Source of the DNA: Parcubacteria group bacterium GW2011_GWC1_41_7
GTDB taxonomy: Bacteria; Patescibacteriota; Minisyncoccia; UBA6257; HR35
DNA length: 47,885 bases
Assembly: GCA_000997465.1 (NCBI GenBank)
Contig: LCBW01000003.1
Location: 1 to 47,885 of the forward strand
Direction: 5' to 3'
Shown one piece after another: positions 7,396 through 16,677 of the stretch. Each line of letters starts with the position of its first letter. The stretch's first letter is position 1. The notes beneath the pieces are model-generated. The model was not told the origin of the DNA. It saw only the letters and a program-made list of their open reading frames with translations, and ran no database searches. A program made the translations under genes and the position numbers.

Positions 7396-7866
7396 ATGAA
7401 ATTAGATCCTTGGTATATTACCGGAATATCAGAAAGAGAGGCGGCTTTCACCTACAGCATAGCAAGCAAAAAAAGAGTGAACTTATATTTTGCTATTCGC
7501 TTAACCCACACAGATGCCTTACTGCTAAAAGAAATAAAGGATTTCTTTGGAGTTGGTAATATCTATCACGTGAAAGCATCCAAGCTAACAAGTAACTCTG
7601 ACAACATTAATCGGACAGAATATTATCGCGTTACCAATTTAAATGATCTTGCGGTTATTGTGAGGCACTTTGATGCATATCCGATACATGGAAGAAAAAA
7701 GCACTTATATGAAATTTGGAAGAATATTTATCTTTTAAAACAAGAAGATAATATCAGTCAAAATGTTCTTTGGCGACTCGTCTATGCGCTTTCTCTTCTT
7801 ACGACAAAAAATCAAAATTCCTTTATGAAAAAATCTTTTACTGAAAAAGATGAACAAAACGGGTAG
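7396..7866 (+). CDS. single-motif LAGLIDADG homing endonuclease, free-standing
   Basis: WYITGISEREAAF aligns to the LAGLIDADG block (xxGFxDGDGxF). LLKEIKDFFGVGNIY and the size (156 aa) are typical of the LAGLIDADG_1 family. Confidence 0.7.
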   Translation: MKLDPWYITGISEREAAFTYSIASKKRVNLYFAIRLTHTDALLLKEIKDFFGVGNIYHVKASKLTSNSDNINRTEYYRVTNLNDLAVIVRHFDAYPIHGRKKHLYEIWKNIYLLKQEDNISQNVLWRLVYALSLLTTKNQNSFMKKSFTEKDEQNG

Positions 7867-8203
7867 GGAAGCAGAGGATCTTGCTGCGGCGCATATTGTA
7901 CGTCATGGATTTAAGATTATAGCGCGCAATGTACGGATAGGAAGTTTTGGTGAGATAGATATTGTTGCAGAAAAAAACAAGGTGCTGTGTATTTTTGAAG
8001 TGAAAGCGCTTTCCCGATCTGACACGTTTAAAGCGCACCATCACTTCACGGAAAAGAAAAAACAAAAAGTCCTTCGTCTTGCGCAACACATAGGGAACAC
8101 CTATAATCACAATGAAGGAGAAATAGCGGTCTATTTACTCACTATTGACAATCTCGCAGATGAACCTATTTTTCAAATATTTCCGATATTTTTAAGCTCA
8201 TAA
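7850..8203 (+). CDS. YraN-family (UPF0102) endonuclease-like protein
   Basis: GREAEDLAAAHIVRHGFKIIARNVRIGSFGEIDIVAEKNKVLCIFEVKA matches the YraN core. Overlaps the upstream ORF by 17 nt. Confidence 0.8.
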   Translation: MNKTGREAEDLAAAHIVRHGFKIIARNVRIGSFGEIDIVAEKNKVLCIFEVKALSRSDTFKAHHHFTEKKKQKVLRLAQHIGNTYNHNEGEIAVYLLTIDNLADEPIFQIFPIFLSS

Positions 8204-8206
8204 TTT

Positions 8207-8482
8207 ATGCGCAGACATCATCCCATACGCACAGCTTTAGGGTTTTTACTTATTATTGGTATTGCGGTGCTTTACGTAAAAGAACGAAATAAAAATGAAC
8301 CACTTCGCCAAGAATTGTCAACTCTTCAATCGGATGTTTCGCGCCTGCGCCAAGAAAATACTCTGCTTAAACAACGCTCGCTTTATCTGCGTAATCAAGA
8401 AAATATACAAAAGGAAGCTCGTGATAAATTTAATCTTTCAGAGCCCGGAGAAAAAGTTATTATTTTTCCAAGCGGATGGTAA
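8207..8482 (+). CDS. FtsB/DivIC-type septum formation initiator
   Basis: N-terminal TM helix, a coiled coil (LSTLQSDVSRLRQENTLLKQR), and a C-terminal IQKEARDKFNLSEPGEKVIIF motif. Confidence 0.7.
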   Translation: MRRHHPIRTALGFLLIIGIAVLYVKERNKNEPLRQELSTLQSDVSRLRQENTLLKQRSLYLRNQENIQKEARDKFNLSEPGEKVIIFPSGW

Positions 8483-8647
8483 TGTGGGTTGTGCGCATTT
8501 TTAGCACGCTTCTGCTTATTTTACGTATATAATTTTTATAAGCGGCGCATTGACACAAGCATTATTACGTAACGCTTGCATTTGCATGATTTTATTTTAG
8601 ATAGTAGCGGAAAATCGTGGACGGAATCTGCACATATGGTGATATGT

Positions 8648-8720
8648 GCCGAAGTAGCTCAGCTGGTAGAGCAGTCCCTTCGTAAGGGAAAGGTCGGAGG
8701 TTCAAGTCCTCTCTTCGGCT
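8648..8720 (+). tRNA. tRNA-Thr (anticodon CGU), CCA not encoded
   Basis: Hand fold. Acceptor GCCGAAG/CTTCGGC, D arm GCTC/GAGC, anticodon loop TTCGTAA, T arm GGAGG-TTCAAGT-CCTCT. By recollection of the E. coli sequence, the arm layout parallels E. coli tRNA-Thr(CGU). Confidence 0.85.
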
Positions 8721-8773
8721 CTCTTGATGAAACTCTCTCTCTTTCATCTTTTTCAAGGGCCGCACATCCTTGT

Positions 8774-9448
8774 ATGAAAAAAAAGCAACTTATTGTTTTC
8801 ATCTCTATCGTCGCGGGCATTGCGCTTTTGTTTGGAATTTTCAAACTTTTCAAAAGTCCTGCATCAAAAAATAAAAACGCAGATGCCTTTGCGGGTATTT
8901 TGCAACAAAGTGCAGCAGAGCAAAGAGCATATCGGGAAACTGAAAAATTAGCACTTGAATTTTTTCCTGAAGAATACAAAAAATTACAGGGAACGCTTCA
9001 AACAGAGGCGCAAGCTGGAATAGAGGAGGCAACAAAAGGATTTAACGCAATTGTTGATGAAATCAACCGGGGATCGCTTGCCGCAACAAGCCCCCTTGTT
9101 GATGCTATAAAAACGAACAAGCATAAAAGCAACGCGGAATATGTAAAAGAAATGACTACGGTTGTTGATAACATGAAGGGTGTTTCTTTTAATTTACGTA
9201 CCCCCGCGTCGCTTACTTCAGCCGGAACGCTGTACCGCCAAAGCGCGGTTGCGCTCTCCCGCATCCAGCCGCCGCCCAGTTTCTATAATGTGCATGTGGT
9301 ATGGGTGTCTTTGTTTGCAGGAAAAGGATATGCTCTGACGGAACTGGGCAAATCGCCCGATGCGGATCATCAATATTTTTTACATTCGTTTTTAAACCAA
9401 CTTATTGACCAAGAAGCTCAAGCGCTTGCACTTATGATTAAAAAATGA
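8774..9448 (+). CDS. bitopic membrane protein, first gene of the T4SS-like operon (unknown family)
   Basis: I trimmed the 8576 ORF to the ATG at 8774 because its N-terminus overlaps tRNA-Thr. MKKKQLIVFISIVAGIALLFGIF is a TM anchor. The stop overlaps the next start (ATGA at 9445). Confidence 0.6.
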   Translation: MKKKQLIVFISIVAGIALLFGIFKLFKSPASKNKNADAFAGILQQSAAEQRAYRETEKLALEFFPEEYKKLQGTLQTEAQAGIEEATKGFNAIVDEINRGSLAATSPLVDAIKTNKHKSNAEYVKEMTTVVDNMKGVSFNLRTPASLTSAGTLYRQSAVALSRIQPPPSFYNVHVVWVSLFAGKGYALTELGKSPDADHQYFLHSFLNQLIDQEAQALALMIKK

Positions 9449-12400
9449 ACTTTATAAAAAAAACGTTTACTTTTTTTATTCTTGCATCGCTCATTATTCC
9501 GCCATCTTTAGCGTCCGCACAAAGTAGTTTTGCGTCGGACGCGGTCGGTGCGGGATTGGGTATTTTAGATGCACTAGAGGGCAACGCCGACTGGCAGGAT
9601 CAATATCCCTATTTTTCTTTTCCTAATCCTTTTTATAATCCTGAATATAAAAATACCCATAACGGACAAAGAATTGCCCTTGACTTTTCTCTTCAGGCAG
9701 ATGGGGTGGATATTACACAGTCATACGACAATTCTTTTGTCATTGATGACAAGCCCCAAATTACCATTGACATTGGAGATTTGGTTCGAAGAAATAGGTT
9801 TAATAATTTTCCAAATTCATACGCACGCATAAGCATCACTCTTCTTCCTTTTATCCAAGGAGCCGATGGAATTGGGATTGTAGAAAATGGAACTCTTGTT
9901 CAGCCGCCGGGAAATCTTGCAAACGATACTCTTACGGTTTTAAACCCCACGCTCGGCGAAACAGCCGCGCCTTACTTGACCAATCTTGCAATGCCCTCTG
10001 GCGCAAGCCAAAATTTAGGCAGTGCAATTCAAAGTTTTGCGCTCAACCTTGCAATCTCTTCGGTTATGGGATTGATCACTGGAGAGGTGCCAGTAGGGGA
10101 CAAGGGGGCTATTAACGCTCTGGGAAAATCTTTTTCTGAAAATTTAAAGACACAGGTTGAACAAATGAAGCAACAGATGATGCAAGCACTTAAGGATGCC
10201 GGAAAATACATCATCTATAAAATCATCAATATTGTCACCACGCGCATCGCAAAATTGATAGGGGATTTGCAAATTAAAGATCCCAATATGTATATGCTGA
10301 TGAATATTTTAAGCGGTACGTTTGTGGGGATGCTCCAATATGCCCAAAACGGCTGCATAGACCCAATTGCAATGGGGTGTTTTCAAAGCGCCATTCGCGG
10401 AACAACAGGGGCTGTCTCAGGACAAAACAAAGATCCGGAGTTTCAGCAGCGCGCATCACTTTTGGCAACACGCGTGATTGGAAAAGTTGCGGCGTGTCCA
10501 ACGAGTGCGGTTGAGGGTATTTCTGAAAACGTTAGCATTCAATACGATAAAAATAAAGGTACTATTATTACCTATAAACCAAAGGGGCCATCGGATGGGA
10601 AAAAACTCGCGTTTCGCAATTTATTTTCCCGCGTTCCGTTTTTTGCGCAAGTTGTAAGTCAGGCAGATAGCCGAAGAGGGTGGATGCTTGCGCAAGCAGG
10701 TGATGCGGGAAGTGGCGGGGGTGACATGACCGATGAAAGCTGGAAATATGATGGAATTTGTACGCCCGGAATGGAATCCCAAGACCCCGAGTGCCCTAAA
10801 CAAAAAACTTCAAGCGGATTTGAGGACATGACTGCGTTTATCACCCAGGGGCTGGTGGGGCAACTGCAAGGAGCCGCATGCTCTGACCTTGCATCGGGAT
10901 TACAAGGCATGGCACAATCAAGCGCCGCCATGGCTGAAATTTCTGCCAGGTCAGATATTCAAACCGGTTTCAGGCCATCTGGAAAATGCACCACAAATCC
11001 GAATCTACCTAAAGAAAGTTGCCCGACTAACGCATGGCTTGATGAAACACCTCCGACAGTCATTGCGGGTATTGCCAGTAAAGTTGCAACAAATGATTTG
11101 GATCGCATGATGGCCGAACTTCAAAATCCCGATGCGCCAAACCCGATTGTGTCATGGTTTCGTAATTTTCTTTTTTCAAACATAAACCGTGTGTTCCAGG
11201 GATTTGAAAAGGTTGCCGAAAAACCACGCCAGGGGAGCGATGCGCTCAACGTTGACCCTGAAAAGGCGTGCGAAGGCGCTCGCGGATCGGGTGCAGGAGG
11301 AGGAAAATTTTATGATGCATGTGTGCAAGCCCATCAATCACAAATTGCCTTGGGAGGCGAATTTGAAAGTCAGGTACTTTGGCCCGAGGTGCAAAAACAA
11401 GTTGACACAGTTGCGGTTGACCTAGATAACACCGCATCATCACTTCGCGGACTTATTTCCATTAAAAATTCTTTTCGCGACCAACTGCAAAGCCCACATC
11501 CGGACTATCCAAGCGGCCCTACACTGGAGCTAGTTATTGATCCGACAGTCCTGGATGAATTTGCAAACATTGAGCAACGGCTTGGCGATGCAGAGGAACA
11601 AGTTACTCTTTTACAAAACAGCTTTAATGAAATCTTGCCCAGCGCAGAGTTAACAGCCCTTAATAATAGTCTTAATTCTCTGCAACAAACAAATCCCGCA
11701 ATCCAAGCAAGTACTACTGCGCTCACCCAAGAACAATCGCGCATCGCGTCAGACATTCAAGCAACAAAAACAGCCGTACAGCGCACCCTCTCTCCCTATA
11801 TGTCATTTGGGCAAAACCGAGTTATGGGAACGCTGTTTCAATCAGGCAATGGCGGCATCCTAGATATTATTGGTGACTCTGGGTACGGAATTGGGTCTTT
11901 TAGATCTGTTGCGAAACAAAATTTTCCGTTTTTTGAAATAAGCAATATGGATGTTGATTATGTTGATACGTTTTTGGCGGTGCGCGAAGAAGATATTCTT
12001 ACCTATCAAACCGATGGAAGTAATTTTTCTCGCCTTATGGGTATCTTTGCGCATTTTATGAACCAAGATATGGCTCCCGCGGGGCTTCAGGCAACGCAGG
12101 GGCCGCTTTTATCTGTTATATACAAATCAAGCGAGCTCATTTCGCAAGACCTTGAGGTGACTCCGCAGGCAGCAGCAGACATTCACACCATGAAGGAATT
12201 TCTTGCAAAGAAAAAACAAGCATACGAAAAAATAAAAACAATTGCGCAGTCACGAGGATGGATGGATACTCAAATTCAATATGCGGCCGCAAATAATGTT
12301 ACCGCACCTGAAATGCCCGTTTCTGAATATTTAAATGCAATGCTTCCGGCAGTATCTGGTGCACTTGACGCGCTCACTCAAATAGATAACACGGACTTCA

Positions 12401-12834
12401 TTACCAAGCAAAATAGAGTTGCGCAAATTACGCAAGAATTAGAAACCCTGCGCGGAACAGACAGCGCACGCATTGAGGCAGTACATGCTCGCATTATTGA
12501 GCTTATGCAATCAAACGAGCTTGATGCCGTAGCCGTTCAGGGAGAAATCAATGCCATACAAAAAGATATCGGGAGCGCAAAAAATACGCTTAGCTTGGCC
12601 CGAGAACAGTTATCTGCGTTTAGTGGAACCTTAGAGGGTGCAATTGGAAATATTCCAGAAGATCTTCTTCTTCCAATTGACGAAGAACTCTCCGCCCGTG
12701 CCCCCCAAGGCAATAGATTTTCAGTTATTCAAACAATCAAAAACGCATTTGCAAAGACAAAAATGTTTTTTGCGAACGTATTTGAGCTTATCACTTCGCC
12801 GTTTGCAAATCCAAGGCGCGTAAAATTAAAATGA
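9445..12834 (+). CDS. 1129-aa secreted giant protein (signal peptide, paired cysteines, coiled-coil C-terminal half)
   Basis: Signal peptide FFILASLIIPPSLASAQS. Spaced Cys pairs such as CIDPIAMGC, CTPGMESQDPEC and CTTNPNLPKESC. A Q/S/T/A-rich heptad-like region spans about residues 690-1080, followed by a short hydrophobic C-terminus. Confidence 0.7.
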   Translation: MNFIKKTFTFFILASLIIPPSLASAQSSFASDAVGAGLGILDALEGNADWQDQYPYFSFPNPFYNPEYKNTHNGQRIALDFSLQADGVDITQSYDNSFVIDDKPQITIDIGDLVRRNRFNNFPNSYARISITLLPFIQGADGIGIVENGTLVQPPGNLANDTLTVLNPTLGETAAPYLTNLAMPSGASQNLGSAIQSFALNLAISSVMGLITGEVPVGDKGAINALGKSFSENLKTQVEQMKQQMMQALKDAGKYIIYKIINIVTTRIAKLIGDLQIKDPNMYMLMNILSGTFVGMLQYAQNGCIDPIAMGCFQSAIRGTTGAVSGQNKDPEFQQRASLLATRVIGKVAACPTSAVEGISENVSIQYDKNKGTIITYKPKGPSDGKKLAFRNLFSRVPFFAQVVSQADSRRGWMLAQAGDAGSGGGDMTDESWKYDGICTPGMESQDPECPKQKTSSGFEDMTAFITQGLVGQLQGAACSDLASGLQGMAQSSAAMAEISARSDIQTGFRPSGKCTTNPNLPKESCPTNAWLDETPPTVIAGIASKVATNDLDRMMAELQNPDAPNPIVSWFRNFLFSNINRVFQGFEKVAEKPRQGSDALNVDPEKACEGARGSGAGGGKFYDACVQAHQSQIALGGEFESQVLWPEVQKQVDTVAVDLDNTASSLRGLISIKNSFRDQLQSPHPDYPSGPTLELVIDPTVLDEFANIEQRLGDAEEQVTLLQNSFNEILPSAELTALNNSLNSLQQTNPAIQASTTALTQEQSRIASDIQATKTAVQRTLSPYMSFGQNRVMGTLFQSGNGGILDIIGDSGYGIGSFRSVAKQNFPFFEISNMDVDYVDTFLAVREEDILTYQTDGSNFSRLMGIFAHFMNQDMAPAGLQATQGPLLSVIYKSSELISQDLEVTPQAAADIHTMKEFLAKKKQAYEKIKTIAQSRGWMDTQIQYAAANNVTAPEMPVSEYLNAMLPAVSGALDALTQIDNTDFITKQNRVAQITQELETLRGTDSARIEAVHARIIELMQSNELDAVAVQGEINAIQKDIGSAKNTLSLAREQLSAFSGTLEGAIGNIPEDLLLPIDEELSARAPQGNRFSVIQTIKNAFAKTKMFFANVFELITSPFANPRRVKLK

Positions 12835-14471
12835 CACAAAGAAAGCATATAAAAAATAGAGGTCTTGCCCCGCTTTTAATTGCGGCTGGTATTGGTGCAA
12901 TTGCAGTTATTGGCGGAGCGGCATTTGGAAGACCTATTTTAGATGCTGCCGGGCAGAGCATTTTAAATGGCATGCTGCATTTTTTGGATTTTGTGCTTCC
13001 TTTAGTACGTCATGTGTTTTGGTGGCTTGGGGGAATATCGGCAAATGCAATCAACACGTTTGTGTTGATGAACCCATTTGATAGCGCGACACTTTCCCCG
13101 TTCTTATGGGAAACATTCAAAAATATCGCGTATGTGGTGATTATTTTCTTTTCGCTTTATGCGGGGTTTATGTGGATTGTTGGACGCGACTCTGCGGCAA
13201 AGCCAATGATTTTTAAACTTCTTATTATTGCGCTTTTGATAAATTTCTCATTCTTTATCGCAAAAGAGCTATTTTTTGTTTCACATGTAGTAACAAAATC
13301 ATTGGCATGTTCATTTGGACAAAACGAAAAAGTTCAACCTGGTGGAGAACCTTGCTCACAGGTTGGAACTGCAATATATACAGGGCTTTTAATGTTTGGT
13401 GATAACAATCTTGTTGCGGGAATTAAGGGTGATGTTGAAAAACTTTCCTCTGCTGAATCTTCAAGCCGCCTCTCTCAGCTTATCTTTGCGCATTTAGTTG
13501 CGTTTGTACTTTTTTTCATATTTACATCCATTATGATGATCCTGGCTGGCATGTTTGTGGGAAGATTTCTCATTGTTTCATTTTTAGTGGGTATTTTACC
13601 GCTTGCGATTATTTCTTGGGCAAGCCCCAAAAACAATGGTCATTGGGAAGAGTGGTCAAAAAAATATTTAACCTGGCTAACCAACATTCCAACTCTTTTG
13701 CTTTTTATTCTGGTTGGATTTTCTATTGTGGGAGTAGGTTTAGGAGATAATTTTCGGGACAAACTTCAGGCAAACGTTGATACACGTATTTTAATGGGAA
13801 ACAACGCCAACTCCAACGTTGACGCAAACGCGGTAAAAGGATACGCGGGGCTTATCCGCTTCTTTTTCTTAGTAGGATATTATGCGTTTGCAATTGTCTA
13901 TGCTCAACAGGTAGGAGGAAAAGCGGCAAAATTCGGGCATGACTTTGCCGTAGGAAGCTATCTCGCCCTTGGAGGCGCGGTGCGTGGAGCCGCAGTGTTT
14001 AAGCCGACGCGAAATCTTTTAGGAGATCGTCTTGAAAAAACCGGAAAATGGATTGAAGAAAAAAACCCGGCATTTTTAGGTATTGCAATGCGTGGAATGG
14101 GAACCAAAATGCGAGAGGCAGGAAAGGGAATGCTTGCTCAAAAAAGAGAACGCATTGAAAAAGACGCAAAACAGTTTGTTGAGGCTAATAAAGGAGACCC
14201 ACAAAAATTAGGACAATACCTTAAAAATGCCCGAGGAGATCAACGACTTGTTATAGCGAAGGTTATTGGGGAAAAATTGCAACGCCACGAGGAACTTCAA
14301 GCGGTTGTTGACCATTTAGACCAAGGTGAATTAAGCGACTTTTTATCAGACGAGCGCGTACGAAAAGCATTAGGAACCCGAACTGGCATTGGAAAATTTT
14401 CTAGTGCAACCCGTAAGGGAACTCCCGAAGGATTTGAGGAGGCAGCAAAAATAATACTGTTGTTGCGTTAG
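12831..14471 (+). CDS. VirB6/TrbL-like polytopic membrane protein
   Basis: 546 aa with 7 or more hydrophobic helices and a long charged C-terminal tail, an architecture typical of TrbL/VirB6. ATGA overlap with the upstream ORF. Confidence 0.55.
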   Translation: MTQRKHIKNRGLAPLLIAAGIGAIAVIGGAAFGRPILDAAGQSILNGMLHFLDFVLPLVRHVFWWLGGISANAINTFVLMNPFDSATLSPFLWETFKNIAYVVIIFFSLYAGFMWIVGRDSAAKPMIFKLLIIALLINFSFFIAKELFFVSHVVTKSLACSFGQNEKVQPGGEPCSQVGTAIYTGLLMFGDNNLVAGIKGDVEKLSSAESSSRLSQLIFAHLVAFVLFFIFTSIMMILAGMFVGRFLIVSFLVGILPLAIISWASPKNNGHWEEWSKKYLTWLTNIPTLLLFILVGFSIVGVGLGDNFRDKLQANVDTRILMGNNANSNVDANAVKGYAGLIRFFFLVGYYAFAIVYAQQVGGKAAKFGHDFAVGSYLALGGAVRGAAVFKPTRNLLGDRLEKTGKWIEEKNPAFLGIAMRGMGTKMREAGKGMLAQKRERIEKDAKQFVEANKGDPQKLGQYLKNARGDQRLVIAKVIGEKLQRHEELQAVVDHLDQGELSDFLSDERVRKALGTRTGIGKFSSATRKGTPEGFEEAAKIILLLR

Positions 14472-14566
14472 CGGCAGAGCGCGCGGGGTCGGAACGAAAC
14501 AGAACAAAGATTCGACAATGGTGTTTAAATTTATCTCAAAACCTTCCTGTGCTTCGCGAATCAGGA

Positions 14567-15010
14567 ATGATGCAAGATAATGACATTGTAAATGATATAA
14601 GAAACTCTCCCGTCATGAATGTTCTCAGTAAAGTTCAACGTTTTAATCAAGCAGCTCAAAATATAACAACGGACATACGAAATGCCATTTTACAACAAAA
14701 TCCTCCGTTTATACCGATAGAGCAAATTATAAGAACAGCAACCGAAGGAATTAATGCCCAATTCCCTGAAGGAAGAGATGCTCGAAGTAGACAGACGCGC
14801 TCACGACTCTTAGGCGCCTTAGCGATGTTACAGGGATCACAACACACGCAATTCCTTCGTGAACGCGATCTTATTGATACTCCATTTCAACCCGGGGAGG
14901 CACGTGGAGGCCCAGGAAAATCTGATATTACAGGGGATGATGAAGATGACGGAGGGGGGGGTAGTCGTGGAGGAAGAGATAGGAGCGACGCAGGTCCACC
15001 GGGTGATTAA
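14567..15010 (+). CDS. soluble protein with a Gly/Asp/Arg-rich tail, unknown function
   Basis: ORF with an ATG at 14567 (an alternative GTG lies at 14549). No TM segment. C-terminus reads GDDEDDGGGGSRGGRDRSDAGPPGD. Confidence 0.45.
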   Translation: MMQDNDIVNDIRNSPVMNVLSKVQRFNQAAQNITTDIRNAILQQNPPFIPIEQIIRTATEGINAQFPEGRDARSRQTRSRLLGALAMLQGSQHTQFLRERDLIDTPFQPGEARGGPGKSDITGDDEDDGGGGSRGGRDRSDAGPPGD

Positions 15011-15021
15011 TTATCTTATAT

Positions 15022-16011
15022 ATGAAAGATTTTGCAGACCTATACAATCATTCACCCTTAGATGTACAGAATTTTTTGTATTCTGATGATTTTTGGTTTT
15101 TTGTCGATGAAGCTGAGAAAAAATTTTCCATTGAAGAAGAACAGAGCATTCAATTCGCATATTTGCTTCAAGATTTTGCAATGGGAGCTACTGAATTTGA
15201 TAACCAAGCGGGGCTTACGGAAGCCCTAAAAACTGATGTGGGTATTCGCGCTGATCTTGCTCCTTCGCTTGCGTATATGATTTGGACTCGCTTTAAGCCA
15301 CTTTTTGAACACCTTAAAAAACAAGCGGAAGAAAAGCAAGAAGCAAGCAGGCAAGAACAACTGCGATCGGTTATTGCGCAATCGCAAAAAAGAGAATCGC
15401 TTTTGAAGGCGGCGCAAGAAGAGCAAATGCAACAGATGCGCAAAAGTGCGCTTGATTTAAACCGCGTTGCAGGCGTTGCAACGTCGCGCGTCCCCATCCC
15501 CACACGCATTAAAATTCCCATAGAACACGAAGATGTTGGAGAAAAAATTTCGCCTGTGCGCCCAAAACAAGAAGAGGAGAAAATTATTATTACAGAGTTC
15601 CCAGACGATGAAAGGGTTGTCCACCCTACGACACAGACACCTCAGCCGCACTTTACTGAAAAACAAAAAGATATTCCTCAGAATTTTATTCCCTCATCTC
15701 AATTTCATGCACCGGAAAACCCACAGGATGAAATGGATCAATTGCAATATCGCGTTATAGGAATGCCTAAAAATCAAAATGCGGCGCCGATGGAGAGCCG
15801 CAAGCGCAGACCTGAAGGGGCTGTGGCGCCCAATGCGGTATCGCAAGCAACTGTACTACAAAAAAAATCCGAAGAGATACTTCATTTTCCACCCGCAAAA
15901 GAAATTCCGCAGTCGCCTCCATCAAACGAGACTCCGCCTACAGCCACAGTTGATTTACATACATTGCAAAAAAAAGATTCGGATAGCGCCGTTGATCTTT
16001 CTGGCAAATAA
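15022..16011 (+). CDS. protein with a folded N-terminal domain and a long Q/E/P-rich low-complexity region, unknown function
   Basis: 329-aa ORF in the operon. No TM or signal peptide is evident. Confidence 0.5.
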   Translation: MKDFADLYNHSPLDVQNFLYSDDFWFFVDEAEKKFSIEEEQSIQFAYLLQDFAMGATEFDNQAGLTEALKTDVGIRADLAPSLAYMIWTRFKPLFEHLKKQAEEKQEASRQEQLRSVIAQSQKRESLLKAAQEEQMQQMRKSALDLNRVAGVATSRVPIPTRIKIPIEHEDVGEKISPVRPKQEEEKIIITEFPDDERVVHPTTQTPQPHFTEKQKDIPQNFIPSSQFHAPENPQDEMDQLQYRVIGMPKNQNAAPMESRKRRPEGAVAPNAVSQATVLQKKSEEILHFPPAKEIPQSPPSNETPPTATVDLHTLQKKDSDSAVDLSGK

Positions 16012-16089
16012 TTCAGTTTAATTGATCGTCTTGCCTGTATAATAAAAATATAGTTTTTGTTTTATTATTTTCACTTTTTACTTTTTATC

Positions 16090-16677
16090 ATGCGCTTCAA
16101 CGTTCCCCAATACATTACTATTGAAGATAAACTGCTGGGATTAATTACCTTTAAACAACTTTTTTTATTGCTGGGTGCTTTTATCGCAAGTTACACCACC
16201 TTTAAAATCGTTGGTGGTCCCATTGCGTGGATTGTCACCCTCGTAAGCTTTCTCATTGCCGGCTCTTTGGGATTTATGCGGGTAAATGGGAAATCGCTTT
16301 TATCCGCCTTGCCCAGAGTTTTGAGCTATTTTTTAGGAGGGAAACAGTACTTTTGGCAAGCATCCGCACCCACATCAACAAAAACAATAGAAGTTTCCGT
16401 TATTCATAAATATTTTCTCCCACAAGAGCATGAGACCGAATCTTTTGGTATAGAAAAAAATGCAGTCCCTGAAATTTCCGAAGAACCCTTACCCGAAATG
16501 CCAAAAATCCCGATCCCCAAGACAATTCCCCAAAGACAAAAAGAAGAAGGCGTTACCGAGTTTAAAAAAACTCAGCCCCTGGTGCGTTATATTCAATATG
16601 CCCATAAGCACGGACAAAATCCGGTTAATCCGTATCGCTATTTTCCGCTTCCTCATTTTCCTAAAAGACAATGGTAA
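16090..16677 (+). CDS. PrgI-family (VirB3-like) T4SS membrane protein
   Basis: MRFNVPQYITIEDKLLGLITFKQLFLLLGAF followed by two TM helices, which is the PrgI-family N-terminal signature. ATG at 16090 preferred over the TTG at 16057. Confidence 0.6.
   Translation: MRFNVPQYITIEDKLLGLITFKQLFLLLGAFIASYTTFKIVGGPIAWIVTLVSFLIAGSLGFMRVNGKSLLSALPRVLSYFLGGKQYFWQASAPTSTKTIEVSVIHKYFLPQEHETESFGIEKNAVPEISEEPLPEMPKIPIPKTIPQRQKEEGVTEFKKTQPLVRYIQYAHKHGQNPVNPYRYFPLPHFPKRQW

Noticed and set aside
8576-8773. N-terminal 66 codons of the 290-aa ORF in the track
   Set aside because: This part overlaps tRNA-Thr (8648-8720) on the same strand and reads through it. An ATG at 8774 gives a sensible TM-anchored N-terminus, so the CDS was trimmed.
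16057-16089. Upstream alternative starts given in the track (16057, 14549, 19014, 34440, 37222, 39431, 45328)
   Set aside because: These extensions use non-ATG codons or overlap the preceding gene heavily. Internal ATGs give canonical N-termini (signal peptides or family-typical starts). The starts remain uncertain without RBS modelling.
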